A stretch of DNA of 64,000 bases. It comes from the human T2T-CHM13v2.0 reference genome, Homo sapiens. This document shows positions 29,266-41,766 of the stretch, in pieces. Within the stretch, counting starts at the first letter, position 1, and every line of letters starts with the position of its first letter. Location: the NCBI RefSeq assembly GCF_009914755.1, contig NC_060940.1, one strand, 5' to 3'. A model generated the notes under the pieces. The model ran no database searches. It was not told the DNA's origin and saw only the letters and a list, made by a program, of their open reading frames with translations. Both the position numbers and the translations under genes were made by a program.

Positions 29266-31706
29266 TGATTTCCATATGATTTCTTTATGCAAGAAAAAGT
29301 TCATTTAAAAAAATTAATCACTCAAAGTATGTATAGCTAGCCAGATACTGAACAAGTTAGTGCAATGAAGTAATTAAATAAAGGTTTGTTTTAATGAAAC
29401 GTGGTGTAGTCAATATAATCGTTAGTATTAAGTCAATGCCTTTTTGAGTTATTTTCTGTAATGGACCATAAGTCATGTATATTTTAATTTTATAATCAAA
29501 CAGAGACACCTGTTATATGGGGAATTAATTATTATTCCTTTTAAAACTATATATAAGTAGATATTCTATTATCTTAAAAATATGTTTACAGCCAAAGCAC
29601 ATTTCTTCAATAGTCTACCTATAAAAGCTTTAAAATTATCAACTTAGAATTTACTACAATTATTTTAACATGCAATTGTTTTATATTTTTAAAAAGACAA
29701 ATCATACCACAAAGAACTAATGTTCTGTGGATTATATTTTGAAAAAATAGATCTGTAACATTTTAGGAATTTTAAAATCAAATTTAAAATATTCCTCTAA
29801 GCAGAGAAGAATCTTATGCATGTGTTCTTTGTCTGAAAAGTTTAAAAAAGACATTGATAGTATTTGAGACTAGAGTTGGCATGTATACTGCTCTTATTTA
29901 TTATTTGTAAAGTGAAAATATTTTAAATGTTTATATTTACATTTCAGCATAACGTATATGTTACATTGCTAAGCAACTAGACCTGTACAGAAGGCTTATT
30001 TTTAACAAATATTCATAGTCAATCTGGATGTAATATGAGTGATTTTGTTACACAATGCATACTGATTACAGTGATAAATCTGTTAATGTAGGTCATAATT
30101 TGAATTAGATAATATTTCATTTAGTTAGGAAACATCAACTAAATCCCATCACATCAACTAAACATCATTTAGTTGGGAAACTAATATTTCATTTAGTTGG
30201 GAAACATCAAGATTATGTTATATCATACATCAAGATTATATCATACAACAGATTATGTTATATCATAAACATCAAGATTATGTTGTGTGTGTGTGTGTGT
30301 GTGTGCGTGTATTTCTTTTAGAATTGCACTTACTTTTAGTGTTACATGTTTGGTATGAAGAATATTGTCTCTCTTACTTAAACTCTCATTTTTCAAATTT
30401 CTACTCCCTTTGGAAGGCACCCTTTTCTTATCACTACTTTCACAAAAAAATACCTACACAGTAATACTGTATTTTAAAATGTTCATAAAATGCTAGTAGT
30501 AATGCTTAGCAACAATAAAAATTACCTAATCATCAATAACTCTCCAATGCCTCCATAACATATTGCTAATTAAAAATGACTTTTAAAAATAAGATTATAA
30601 AACTTCTTGTATTAAATTCCGCTAATGGTGAAGTAACTTGCATAGAGCTAACCCTTCTCAGATAATTGTTGTAAATCCAGGAAAAAAATGTTAGAAAAAC
30701 AACTACTTGAAATAAGCAGAAAGTAACCAAATGTTGGCAGAAACTGCCCATGTGTTTACAGCAAAGACAATATCCCAGATATAGAGATAGGATTGAAAAT
30801 TAAGCAAAATTCACACAGGCTCCACCTAATGAACTATCAAACCAAACAATGGCAATTTATTGTGATAAGGCTGTGATTTAACTGCCTATGAAAACAAAAA
30901 TGAAATCTTTAAAGAATAACAAAAGATTCTGGAATCTTTACAATGTATCCATGATATCCAGCATGTTATAACATTTACTGAATATTCAAAAAAGAGTACA
31001 TTTTCATCTAAAGTCAAGAAATTAAGAGCAGTTATTACAAACCAACCTTGGGGTACTGATGTTTGAATTGGCAGAAAGAAACTTTACAGCAACTATTATA
31101 AAAATATTTGAAGACTTAAAGGTAAAAATAATCACAATGTGTAAACAAAGGGTATTTTAAGTAGATAAGTGAGAACTGTAATATGGAACCAAAGGTAAAT
31201 TTTAGAATAGAAAAGAGCATCTGAAATAACAAATTCTAATAGAAATTCTTCAGGCTAAAGAGAAATAATGGATGAAAACTCAGATCTTCAGGAAGAAGTG
31301 AAAAGCACTGGAAATTGCAAATATGTTGGTAAATATAAAAGCCAGTGTTTAAATTATTTTCTTAATTAAAAAATTAAATTCACTGTTTACTTTTATTATA
31401 AAGTTTATAACATATGGATTTACAATATATTACAGCAATAGATAAAAGAATATGTGTGTGGAGGGGAGCAGCGTTAAATGAATTATGTCTTAGCAAGCTT
31501 CTGACATTTCACATTGTTAAAAAACATAATGTCTAAATAGACTGTGATAAATTAAGAATTTACTTTGTAATCTGTAAAGCAAACATTGAAATACAATAAA
31601 TATAGCTAAAATGTGAATAAAGAAAATAAAATGAAATACAAAAAATATGGAATAAACCAAGAGGAGGCAGCAAAGGAAAATGGAAGTACAAGAAATCATA
31701 TGGGGG

Positions 31707-32079
31707 GCAGCCATAAAAAAGGATGAGTTCATGTCCTTTGTGGAGACATGGATGAAGCTGGAAACCATCATTCTCAGCAAAATAACACAGAAACAGAAAA
31801 CCAAACACTGCATGTTCTCACTCATAAGGGGGAGTTGAACAATGAGAACATAAGGACATGGGGGGGAACATCACACACTGGGTCCTGTTGGGGAGTGGGG
31901 GGATAGGGGAGGGATAGCATTAGGAAAAATACCTAATGTAGATGATGGGTTGATGGGTGCAGCAAACTACCATGGCCCGTGTATACCTGAGTAACAAACC
32001 TGCATGTTCTGCACATGTATCCTAGAACTTAAAGTATAATAAAATAAAATAAAATGCTACAACATTTCAAAAAATAAAA
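31707..32079 (+). mobile_element. L1PA (about PA7-8) 3' end, 5'-truncated, inside an older L1M remnant
   Basis: Ends gaacttaaagtataataaaa; 17-bp TSD aagaaatcatatggggg. Confidence 0.92.
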
Positions 32080-32306
32080 AAGAAATCATATGGGGGAAAC
32101 AAAAGAAATAGCAAAATGGTAGACCTCAAACTGCAGTATCAATCATTACACTAAATGTTAATGTATTAACCAATTCCAGTAAAAAGGTAGAAAATTGTCC
32201 ATTGAATTAAAAAATCTCCAACTGTGTTCTATTTTTAACATATGCTATATTTTATATTCTCTATTACATATTTTCTACAAGAGACATTTAAATGTCATTA
32301 TGTTTT

Positions 32307-32612
32307 GGCCAGGCCCAGTGGCTCACACCTGTAATCCCCGCACTTCGGGAGGCTGAGGCAAGTGGATCACTTGAGGCCAGGAGTTCAAGACCAGCCTGGC
32401 CAACATGGCAAAACCCTGACTCTACCAAAAAATACAAAAGTTAGCTGGGTGTGGTGGTACACATCTGTAATCTCAGCTACTTGGGAGGCTGAGGCACAAG
32501 AATGGATTTAACCCAGAAAGAGGAGGTTGCATTGAGCCAAAACTGTGCTACTGCACTCCAGCCTGGGAGACAGAGTGAGACCCTGTCTCAAAATAATAAT
32601 AATAGTAAATAA
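32307..32612 (+). mobile_element. Alu (old S/J type)
   Basis: Full dimer; TSD aaatgtcatt(a/c)tgtttt. Confidence 0.93.
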
Positions 32613-32726
32613 ATCAAATGTCATTCTGTTTTTATGTGCTCCGATGAGTGACTGGATCCATACTCTTTTGTAGGTGCAAATTTAGTTCAGAACATCTTGG
32701 TTTTGCAATGCAATAAGGACTATTAA

Positions 32727-32942
<216 letters not shown>

Positions 32943-33025
32943 TAAAGTACCATCACTTAAGCATCACGTTTCTATCATATAATAACTAATCAGACTTCTA
33001 TTGTGAACATTTTTTTTGTTTGTTT

Positions 33026-33737
33026 CCACATACATGAGGTGCCTTTAGTAGTCAAATTCATAGACAGAAAGTAGAATGGTGGTTTCCAGGGACTGGGGAC
33101 AGGAAAGAATGGGAAGTTACAGTTTAATGAGTACAGAGATTTGGGAGATGAAAAGATGAGTTTTAGTGATGGTTACACAACAGTGTGAATGGACATAATG
33201 CAGTTGAACTGTAAGTACACTTAAATGGTAAAAATTTCAAATTTTATGTATCTTTTACCACAATTTTTTTTTTTTTTTTTTTGAGACAGAGTCTCGCTCT
33301 GTTGCTCAGGCTGGAGTGCAGTGGCGCGATGTTGGCTCACTGCAAGCTCTGCCTCCTGGATTCACGCCATTCTCCTGCCTCAGCCTCCTGCACAATTTTT
33401 TTAATTAAAAAAACTCTTTAACTATCTGAAGGCTACTATCATGACCCTTGGAATAATCTTCAGAGTAGACACATTTATTTCCTTCAACCATTCTTCATGT
33501 GACATGATTAAAGTCCATTCATACCTCCAGTCACTCACCTCTGAATGTTCTCCAGCCACTATACCCCTGTTTGAGACTGTAGACCTCAATATGACACTGA
33601 CCAGTTAAGAATGGAAAAGGCCTATCACTGCCCTCAATATGGCTACTAGATTTGGTAATTCAGCCAGACTTCCTACTAATTTATTACAACGCTGTTTATT
33701 TCTATAGAGCTAATTTTCTAGATAAAACTCCAAGTTC
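33026..33737. other. Putative SVA 3'-transduced segment: L1MB 3' end (33026-33263), truncated antisense AluY (33264-33390, TSD cacaatttttt), L3/CR1-like remnant (about 33480-33670)
   Basis: Lies between the SVA poly(A) and a second short poly(A), inside one TSD tattgtgaacattttt. Confidence 0.8.
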
Positions 33738-34471
33738 TTTTTTATTTATTTATTTATTTATTTATTTTAGTATTTATTGATCATTCTTGGGTGTTTCTCG
33801 GAGAGGGGGATTTGGCAGGGTCATAGGACAATAGTGGAGGGAAGGTCAGCAGATAAACATGTGAACAAAGGTCTCTGGTTTTCCTAGGCAGAGGGCCCTG
33901 CTGCCTTCCGCAGTGTTTGTGTCCCTGGGTACTTGAGATTAGGGAGTGGTGATGACTCTTAACGAGTATGCTGCCTTCAAGCATCTGTTTAACAAAGCAC
34001 ATCTTGCACCGCCCTTAATCCATTTAACCCTTAGTGGACACAGCACATGTTTCAGAGAGCACGGGGTTGGGGGTAAGGTTATAGATTAATAGCATCCCAA
34101 GGCAGAAGAATTTTTCTTAGTACAGAACAAAATGGAGTCTCCTATGTCTACTTCTTTCTACACAGACACAGTAACAATCTGATCTCTCTTTCTTTTCCCC
34201 ACATTTCCCCCTTTTCTATTCGACAAAACCGCCATCGTCATCATGGCCCGTTCTCAATGAGCTGTTGGGTACACCTCCCTGACGGGGTGGCGGCGGGGCA
34301 GAGGGGCTCCGCACTTCCCAGACGGGGCGGCTGGGCAGAGGTGCCCCCCACCTCCCAGACGGGGTGGCAGCTGGGCGGGGGCTGCCCCCCACCTCCCTCC
34401 CGGACGGGGCGGCTGGCCTGGCAGGGGCTGCCCCCACCTTCCGGACGGGGCGGCTGGCCGGGCGGGGGCTG
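33738..34471 (-). mobile_element. SVA (B/C-like), 5'-truncated within the VNTR
   Basis: Antisense poly(A) at 33738-33768, AATAAA at 33773-33778, SINE-R (gatcattcttgggtgtttctc...), GC-rich VNTR at about 34270-34471; older-subfamily variants ggttatagatta and aatggagtctcctatg. Confidence 0.96.
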
Positions 34472-34812
34472 TATTGTGAACATTTTTAAGTACGGTCTGA
34501 AATACTCTTTCAGTCAGTCAACAAATAAGTACTCCTATGAGGTACAAAGCTATGATGGCAAACTTTGTTAAGGTTCTAAGAGAAAGAAACCACTGGGCAT
34601 CTCAACTTGATTAGTTCATGAGTACATTCCAGCATTCCTGAATTTCTAATTGCTGTTACCCACATAGGAAAGCCTCAGTGCTAAACACAGTTATTAATAA
34701 TTCATGTGAATTTCCTACTGTTAGGCCTGGGATGAAATTAGAATGTCAATGGAATCATGTCATTTTAACCCCAAATATATTTCACCTGTAAATCTCTTTT
34801 TTTTTTCCAGTT

Positions 34813-34845
34813 TGTGTGTGTGTGTGTGTGTGTGTGTCTGTGTGC
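34813..34845. repeat. (TG)n microsatellite
   Basis: TG run. Confidence 0.95.
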
Positions 34846-35699
34846 ATTTACTTTAAACCAGTGGTGCATGCTGTTTTGCATATGCAATGCATTAACACCT
34901 TAAACCAGAATTTTAAAGTTCAAATATAGTTCCACTATATTTATGTTCCATATATACATATATATGTTTTATATATATATATTTTCTTTGATCAGGGAAT
35001 GAAATGAGCATATGTATTCATTTATAGATTGTTAACCTCTCTGAAAATAGTTAGATTAGCGACTAGTGCATTAAATATGTATGCTTTTAGTACTTCCAGA
35101 ACTTAAAATGGAAATAGATGAAATATTTGTTTACATTAACACCACGCCTTAAAATAAAATTTTATGCTAGGGGCACAACAGAATAAGAGGGAATCTGATA
35201 ATTCAGTGGATTTATGGAGACACAGAGCAGAAGTTGCTTAGTTAAAAAGCAAAGATGATACTGGCCTTAAAAATTATATATACATTGTAAATACTGTTTA
35301 CCATTATACTCACCATCTCTGATATGTATCACCTCTACTTCCTGTTCTACCAGTGAGCCTTACACAATCCCATGAAGATGATATAGGATATTTCATGGGA
35401 AGAAAAATTATGTGCAAAGAGATGAGGTTGTAAACTTCGGATGCATCCAGGAGAGTGTAACGATTTTTCATGGCTGTAGAGAAGTTGTTTTATACATCAC
35501 GTGTACCTTTCACTTCTTGCTCTGATCTTAACCCTGCAGGGACCCAGGCTGGCTTCCTCTGCCTTCCTTATTTCATTAGCCAAAACCCCTGCCTATTTGT
35601 ATGTTTTAAGTGAGGTCCCTACCAACTCTCTCCCTTAGACTTTCTTTCTCCCAGACTTCCTGTCATCATTTTAAGCACACAACATCATTCCACTTAGAG

Positions 35700-35915
35700 C
35701 AGTGATTCTCCATCCAAGGCAATCTTGCCCTGCAGTGGACATTTGGCAGTGTTCGGAGACATTGTTGGTTATCACATTGTTGGGGAGTGGGATGCTACTG
35801 GCATGTAGTGGGAGAGGTCAGGTTTGCTGCTAAACATCCTACAATGCATGAGACGGCTCTCCACAGAGAAGAATTATCTGGCCCCAAATGTCAGTAGTAC
35901 TGAGGCTGAGAAACT
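35700..35915 (+). mobile_element. MER20 hAT element
   Basis: ggacatttggcagtgttcggagacatt...tgctactggcat...aattatctggccccaaatgtcagtag. Confidence 0.88.
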
Positions 35916-35982
35916 AGAGCTTTGAACTACTGTGACCATGGGAATACAGAGGGGAGCTACTACATTAGCACTAAGAATTTAC

Positions 35983-36310
<328 letters not shown>

Positions 36311-37490
36311 CTAATTAATCTCTGACTTATTAATTAAACAGTAATCAAGTGATTGGTCTTCTTGCCTCCTGTACCTATTTTTAGCGTTGAGGTTCATCGT
36401 CACGTGAGGTTATTTTCTGCATGAAGGACTAAGGACTAAGGACTATTTTCTGCATGAAGCGTTCTTTATTTTCTCAGTTGGATGAGCAGTGGCTTCAGAA
36501 CAGCGAATACTCCTTTTTTCCATATGGGAAATCTGTACCACTTAAGTTACAACGCCATAGGTACTTTTTTTTTTTTTTTTTCATTTCCAAGTGAGGCTCA
36601 CTGGACAGATATAGGACTAACAGATAGAGGATCATGCACGGTAGGCCTTATAAGCAGAGAAAAGCTGCATGGACATTACTTTGAAGGCATCAGGACTACA
36701 CATTGAATAATTTAAGACTGAGAAATAACTTAATTCTCATGATTCAGTTGAAAGCCTGATGATCAGTTATAAATCTAAAGATCAGTCAAGTGACCTCTGA
36801 TGTAAGACAAGGAAAAGATGAGAGCTTGAACTAGGCAATGATTGGCATGGAGCTTTAAAAGGGGGATCAACTACGAGGTAAATTCGATATGATTTAGATG
36901 TAAGATTGAGAGTTAAAGCCTTGGGGATGATCTCCAGCTTTCTGATTTGAATAAAGCCATTAGTGTCATTCATTGAGACAGGAGATTAACACTTTTTTTT
37001 TTTAACAGAAAAAAAAGTGAGAATGAAAAAAGTAGTATTTTCATTTTCTCACACAAACGAGAGATATTGAAAAATGTAGATCAGCCATGTTTTTCTAGGA
37101 AAGAAGGTGAAGTTGTGGGAAAGCAGGACAAATAAAACATGACTGTTGGACCTACTAGTACCGGTTATGAGGTTACCCCAATTTATTTATGTTGTCTTTT
37201 TTCAAAGCTTTCTTTTCGTTTTGTTTTCAATTTCATTTTACTGCTGCTATTATTGTTGATATCAGAAATCAACTAGCAAACTAGGAAATAAGAGAACTTC
37301 CTCCATGGCATAAAGGACATCTGTGAAAATCTGATAGCTAATGTCATACTTTGAATAGTCAAGGATATAACTGCTTTCCCTTTAAGTTCAGGATAAAGGC
37401 AAGAATGTCTGCTCTCACTACTCCTATTCAATCTATTACTCATGGTCCTAGCACATGTAATAAGTCAAGGAGAGGAATTCAAGGCATTTA

Positions 37491-37589
37491 TTAAGTTGCA
37501 GCAAAAGTTAATCAACCTGATTTTAATGGCAAATCAGGTTGCCATTAAAAGAAGTGGCAAAAACTGCAATTACTTTTGCACCAACCTTA
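37491..37589. mobile_element. MADE1 (Hsmar1 MITE), internally rearranged
   Basis: Right TIR ggcaaaaactgcaattacttttgcaccaacct; degenerate left TIR ttaagttgcagcaaaagt. Confidence 0.85.
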
Positions 37590-37721
37590 AGTGAGAATGA
37601 ATGAAATAAAATGTCTGTTTACAGGTAACATGACTTTCTAGGTAGAAAATCTCAAATTATATTTTTAAAAAGTGAGTTTAGCAAAGTCACAGGATTCAAG
37701 GTCAATATTCAAAAGTGAATT

Positions 37722-38017
37722 ATATATTTTTTATTATTATACTTTAAGTTCTAGGGTACATGTGCACAATGTGCAGGTTTGTTACATACGTATACATGTG
37801 CCATGTTGGTGTGCTGCACCCATTAACTCGTCATTTACATTAGGTATATCTCCTAATGCTATCCCTCCCCCTTCCCCCCACCCCACAACAGGCCCCGGTG
37901 TGTGATGTTCCCCTTCCTGTGTCCAAGTGTTCTGATTGTTTAATTCCCACCTATGAGTGAGAACATGTGATGTTTGGTTTTTTGTCTTTGCGATAGTTTG
38001 CTGAGAATGATGGTTTC
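37722..38017 (-). mobile_element. Young L1PA (about PA3-5) 3' end
   Basis: ttattatactttaagttctagggtacatgtgcaca; TSD caaaagt(g/a)aatt. Confidence 0.92.
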
Positions 38018-39946
38018 CAAAAGTAAATTGTATTTCTATATGCTAATGATAAAAAATTATAAATGATATTTTAAAAGTACCATTTTTATACTAGCACCAA
38101 CAACATAAAATATTTTGGTGTAAATATAACAAATTATTAAGAAAAAATTAAGAAAATTATATTTAAAAATTTATGAATTAAAAGATTTGATAAGATGTCA
38201 ATTTTTCCCAAATTTATATATAGACTGAAAACTATCCCAATTAAAATCCAGCAATCTCTTTTTTGGGAGGGGAGTAGAAATTGGAAAGCTTATCTTTAAA
38301 TGTATATTGAAATGCAAAGAAAGTAGAATAGCAAAAATGTTTTGAAAAATATAAACAAAGTTTGAGATACACTACTAGATTATAAGACTTACTGTAAAAC
38401 TAACAGATATTCAAGGAAGTGTGATATTGACATTACAATAGACAAATACATGAATGGAATAGAATAGAGAGCCCAAAAATAGACCCATGTATACATGGTT
38501 GCTTGACTTTTTACAAAGCTACCAGGGGAACTCAATGATGAAAGGATAGAATTTTTCAAGAAACAGATCTGGAACAATTCGAATCCAATTGAAAAAGAAA
38601 AGCAGAATGAAAAAAAAAAGAGTGTCAATTCATACTTCAAAGCAGATACAAAAATTAACTCAAGATTAATCATAAACTTAAATCTAAAACCACAAACTAT
38701 AACACTGCTCTAAGAAAATACAAGGGAAAATCTTAGTGGCCTTGGGTTGGGCATAGATTTCTTAGATACAACACTAAAAGTACAATTCATAGAATAAAAA
38801 TAATAATAAATTGGGTTTCACTAAAAAGCTTCTGCCTTTAAAATGACACTGTCGAGAAATTGAAAAGAAAAGCTACAGACTGGGTGAAAATCTTTGCAAA
38901 ATACATGTTTTATAGAGGCTAATACCCAGAATATAAAAGTAACTCTCTCGTGGTGCAATAATATTTGAAAAATCAATTTACAAATGGGCAAAAGATTTGC
39001 ACATACACATCACAGAAAAAATATGGATTTAAATAAACACAGTAAAGATCCTTAGCATCATTAGTTATTAGGAGAATGCAAACTCGTACCACAATGTGAT
39101 ACCAATATGTAACTGTTAACATTTAACAAATAATAATAACAAAAAAACCCCAAAATATAACAAGTGCTAGTAAGGATTTAGAGCAACTAGAACTCTGGTA
39201 CATTGCACTACAGATGCAAAATGGTACATACTGCTTTGGAAAAGAATTTGGTTTCTTATAATGTTAAACCCACATTTACCATATGACCCAGCAATCCCCA
39301 TCTTAGGATTTTATCCAAGAAAAGAGGAAAATCTATATGCATATAGTCAGTTTTTTGTTATTATTATTGGCTTTATTCCATAGTCCCCTAAAAATGAAAA
39401 CCACTCAAATGTTTATCAACTAGTGAAAGGATACACGTTCCATTTTACTGTGGTGTACCCACAATACACAGTGGAATACTACTAAACAATTAAAAAATAG
39501 ACTATTGATAACGTGCAACAACATAGATGAATCTCAACTGCATTACTCTAAGTGAAAGAAGCCAGACTAAAAAGCCTACATGCTTTGAATGATTCAATTT
39601 CTAAGATATTCTGGAAAAGTCAAAACCATAGGAACAGAAAAAGGATCTCTGCTGCAAGAACTTTGAGGTGAGAGGAATTTTACACAGGGGTACAAGAAAA
39701 CTTTGTCAGGTGAACAAAATGTTCCATATCTTGAGGGTGGTGGTGTTTTTATGGTTTCAGGTCCTTTTCAACTTCTAGAGCTACACACAAAAACAGGCTG
39801 AGTTGTACTCTATATAAATTACCATAACATTAATATATTTTAATAAGTAATAAATGATGTCTTATTCAACACATCTGACTGAAAAACAAAACAAAAACGT
39901 TAATAACAGTTTGCATAGCTATACTTGCTTAATTTTAAGAATTGGA

Positions 39947-40105
39947 GGCTGAGTGCAGTGGCTCAAACCTATAATCCCAGGGCTATAGGAGGTCAAGGTG
40001 GGAGGATTGCTTGAGACTGGGAGCTCGAGGCTGCAGTGAGCTATGATTGCACCACTGCACTACAGCCTGAGCAGCAGAGTGAGACCTTGTCTCTTACAAA
40101 ACAAA
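39947..40105 (+). mobile_element. FRAM/AluJ monomer
   Basis: gaggctgcagtgagctatgattgcaccactgcac. Confidence 0.85.
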
Positions 40106-40539
40106 ATTGGGTCATCAAAACAAACAGAGAAACAACCGACCACTAGAAGTAAATTCATGGAACAGTAAAGATTTCAGTAATATGGATATTCTCCAATTCT
40201 CCAGCACATTTCTGGAATCGTGCTGAATATGTTTCTAACTTATATTGACTTTAGAAACTTTAGAAAAAGAGTCAAAGGAAAGAATCAAGGGGAAACATCT
40301 GGGTTTATCAGTTAGTAGAAAAGTCATGAGTAGGAGGAGTCACCTATATATTTCCTACGTAATCAGCCTGCCAAGAGCAGTGGGAACGTATTTATTTTTG
40401 AGGAACCATCCAAAGTCTTTTAGACCAACAGTTCCTCCACTTTAGCATGTATAAAAATTACTTGGAGAGCTTGTTGTAGCACAGATTTCCACTCCTTATC
40501 CCAGAGACTGTGATTCAGGGGGTGTGGGGGTAGGAGAAT

Positions 40540-40962
40540 CTTTCCTTATCTCCCTCCCTCCCTTCCTCCCTTCCTCATTTCCTTCTTTCCTTCTTTCCTC
40601 CCTTCCTCCCTTCCTTCCTCCCTTCCCTTCCCTTCCCTTCTTCCCTCCCCTTCCGCTTCTCTTCCGTTCCTTTTTTTTTTTTTTTTTTTTTTTTGACAGA
40701 ATTGCCCTCTGTTGCCCCGGCTGGAATGCAGTTGGCTCATTGCAAACTCCGCCTCCTGGGTTCAAGTGATTCTCCTGCCTCAGCCTCCCAAGTAGCTCGG
40801 ATTACAGGCGTGTGCCACCAGGACCAGTTAATTTTTGTGTTTTTAGTAGAGACAGGGTTTCATCATGTTGGCCAGGCTGGTGTCGAACCCCAGACCTCAA
40901 ATGATCTGCCCACCTCGGCCTCCCACAGTGCTAGGACTACAGGCATGAGCCACCCCACCTGC
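40540..40962 (-). mobile_element. AluS with long (CTTC)n/poly-T tail, inserted in a MER5A-like element (about 40428-41020)
   Basis: Antisense Alu at 40694-40962 preceded by about 150 nt of pyrimidines; MER5A-like halves on both sides. Confidence 0.88.
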
Positions 40963-41249
40963 CTGGGTATGAGAATTGCTAACAGGCTTCCACATGCTGC
41001 TGCCGGTCCATGGACCACTCCATGTAGTGCTGCCCCCAGCCAGTGAGGTTCACAGGCTGGTACTGGTCTGCACATTCTTTGCTACCATTCTGTGAGGAGG
41101 CTAGTACAAAAATATAGAGTATTTCAGAATGACTTCTGCCATTTGGACAGAGTAATTTATGTCTGTTGGACATAATAGTAATAAAAAATGGACTGGAGAT
41201 AGTATTTTGTATACCTTTGCTTTTCCCATTCATTTTTCTAGCAATTTAC

Positions 41250-41766
41250 ATTTTTAATTTTTAATTTTAAAAATGTAAAATTTTCGTGGGTACATAATAG
41301 ATGTATATATTTATGGGATACATGAGACATTTTGTCACAGGCATGCAATGTGTAATAATCACATCATGGAAAATTGGGTATTCACCCCTTTAAGCATTTA
41401 TCCTTTGTGTTACAAATAATCTAATTATACTATTTTTGTTATTTTAAAATGTACAATTACATTATTATTGACTGTAGTCACCATGTTTTGTCGTCAAATA
41501 CAAGGTCTTATTCTTTCTAACTATTTTTCTGTACCCATTAACCATCCCCACCTCCTACTGGCCTCCCATTCTCTTTGCCAGCCTCTGGTAATCATCCTTC
41601 TACTCTTTGTCTCCATGAGTTAAATTGTTTTCATTTTTAGACCTCACAAATAAATTAAAACTTGCAATGTTTGTCTTTCTGTACCTGGCTTATTTCACTT
41701 TACATAATGACCTCCAGTTCCATCCATATTGTTGCAAATGATGGATTCTCATTTTATATGGCTGAA
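41250..41766 (-). mobile_element. L1MA 3' end
   Basis: gtgggtacataatagatgtatatatttatggg...ccagttccatccatattgttgcaaatga. Confidence 0.88.

Larger units (their letters stand above)
37255..39825 (+). mobile_element. L1M (MB/MC) ORF2-3'UTR remnant with nested MADE1 and L1PA
   Basis: aatggaatagaatagagagccca, ccatatgacccagcaatccc, aagtgaaagaagccagac motifs in L1 order. Confidence 0.85.

Noticed and set aside
30107-30285. CRISPR-like array
   Set aside because: Eukaryotic intron; no constant repeat with unique spacers and no cas genes.
33781-34571. Pro/Gly-rich ORFs and apparent CpG island
   Set aside because: SVA SINE-R and VNTR sequence, not a gene or promoter island.
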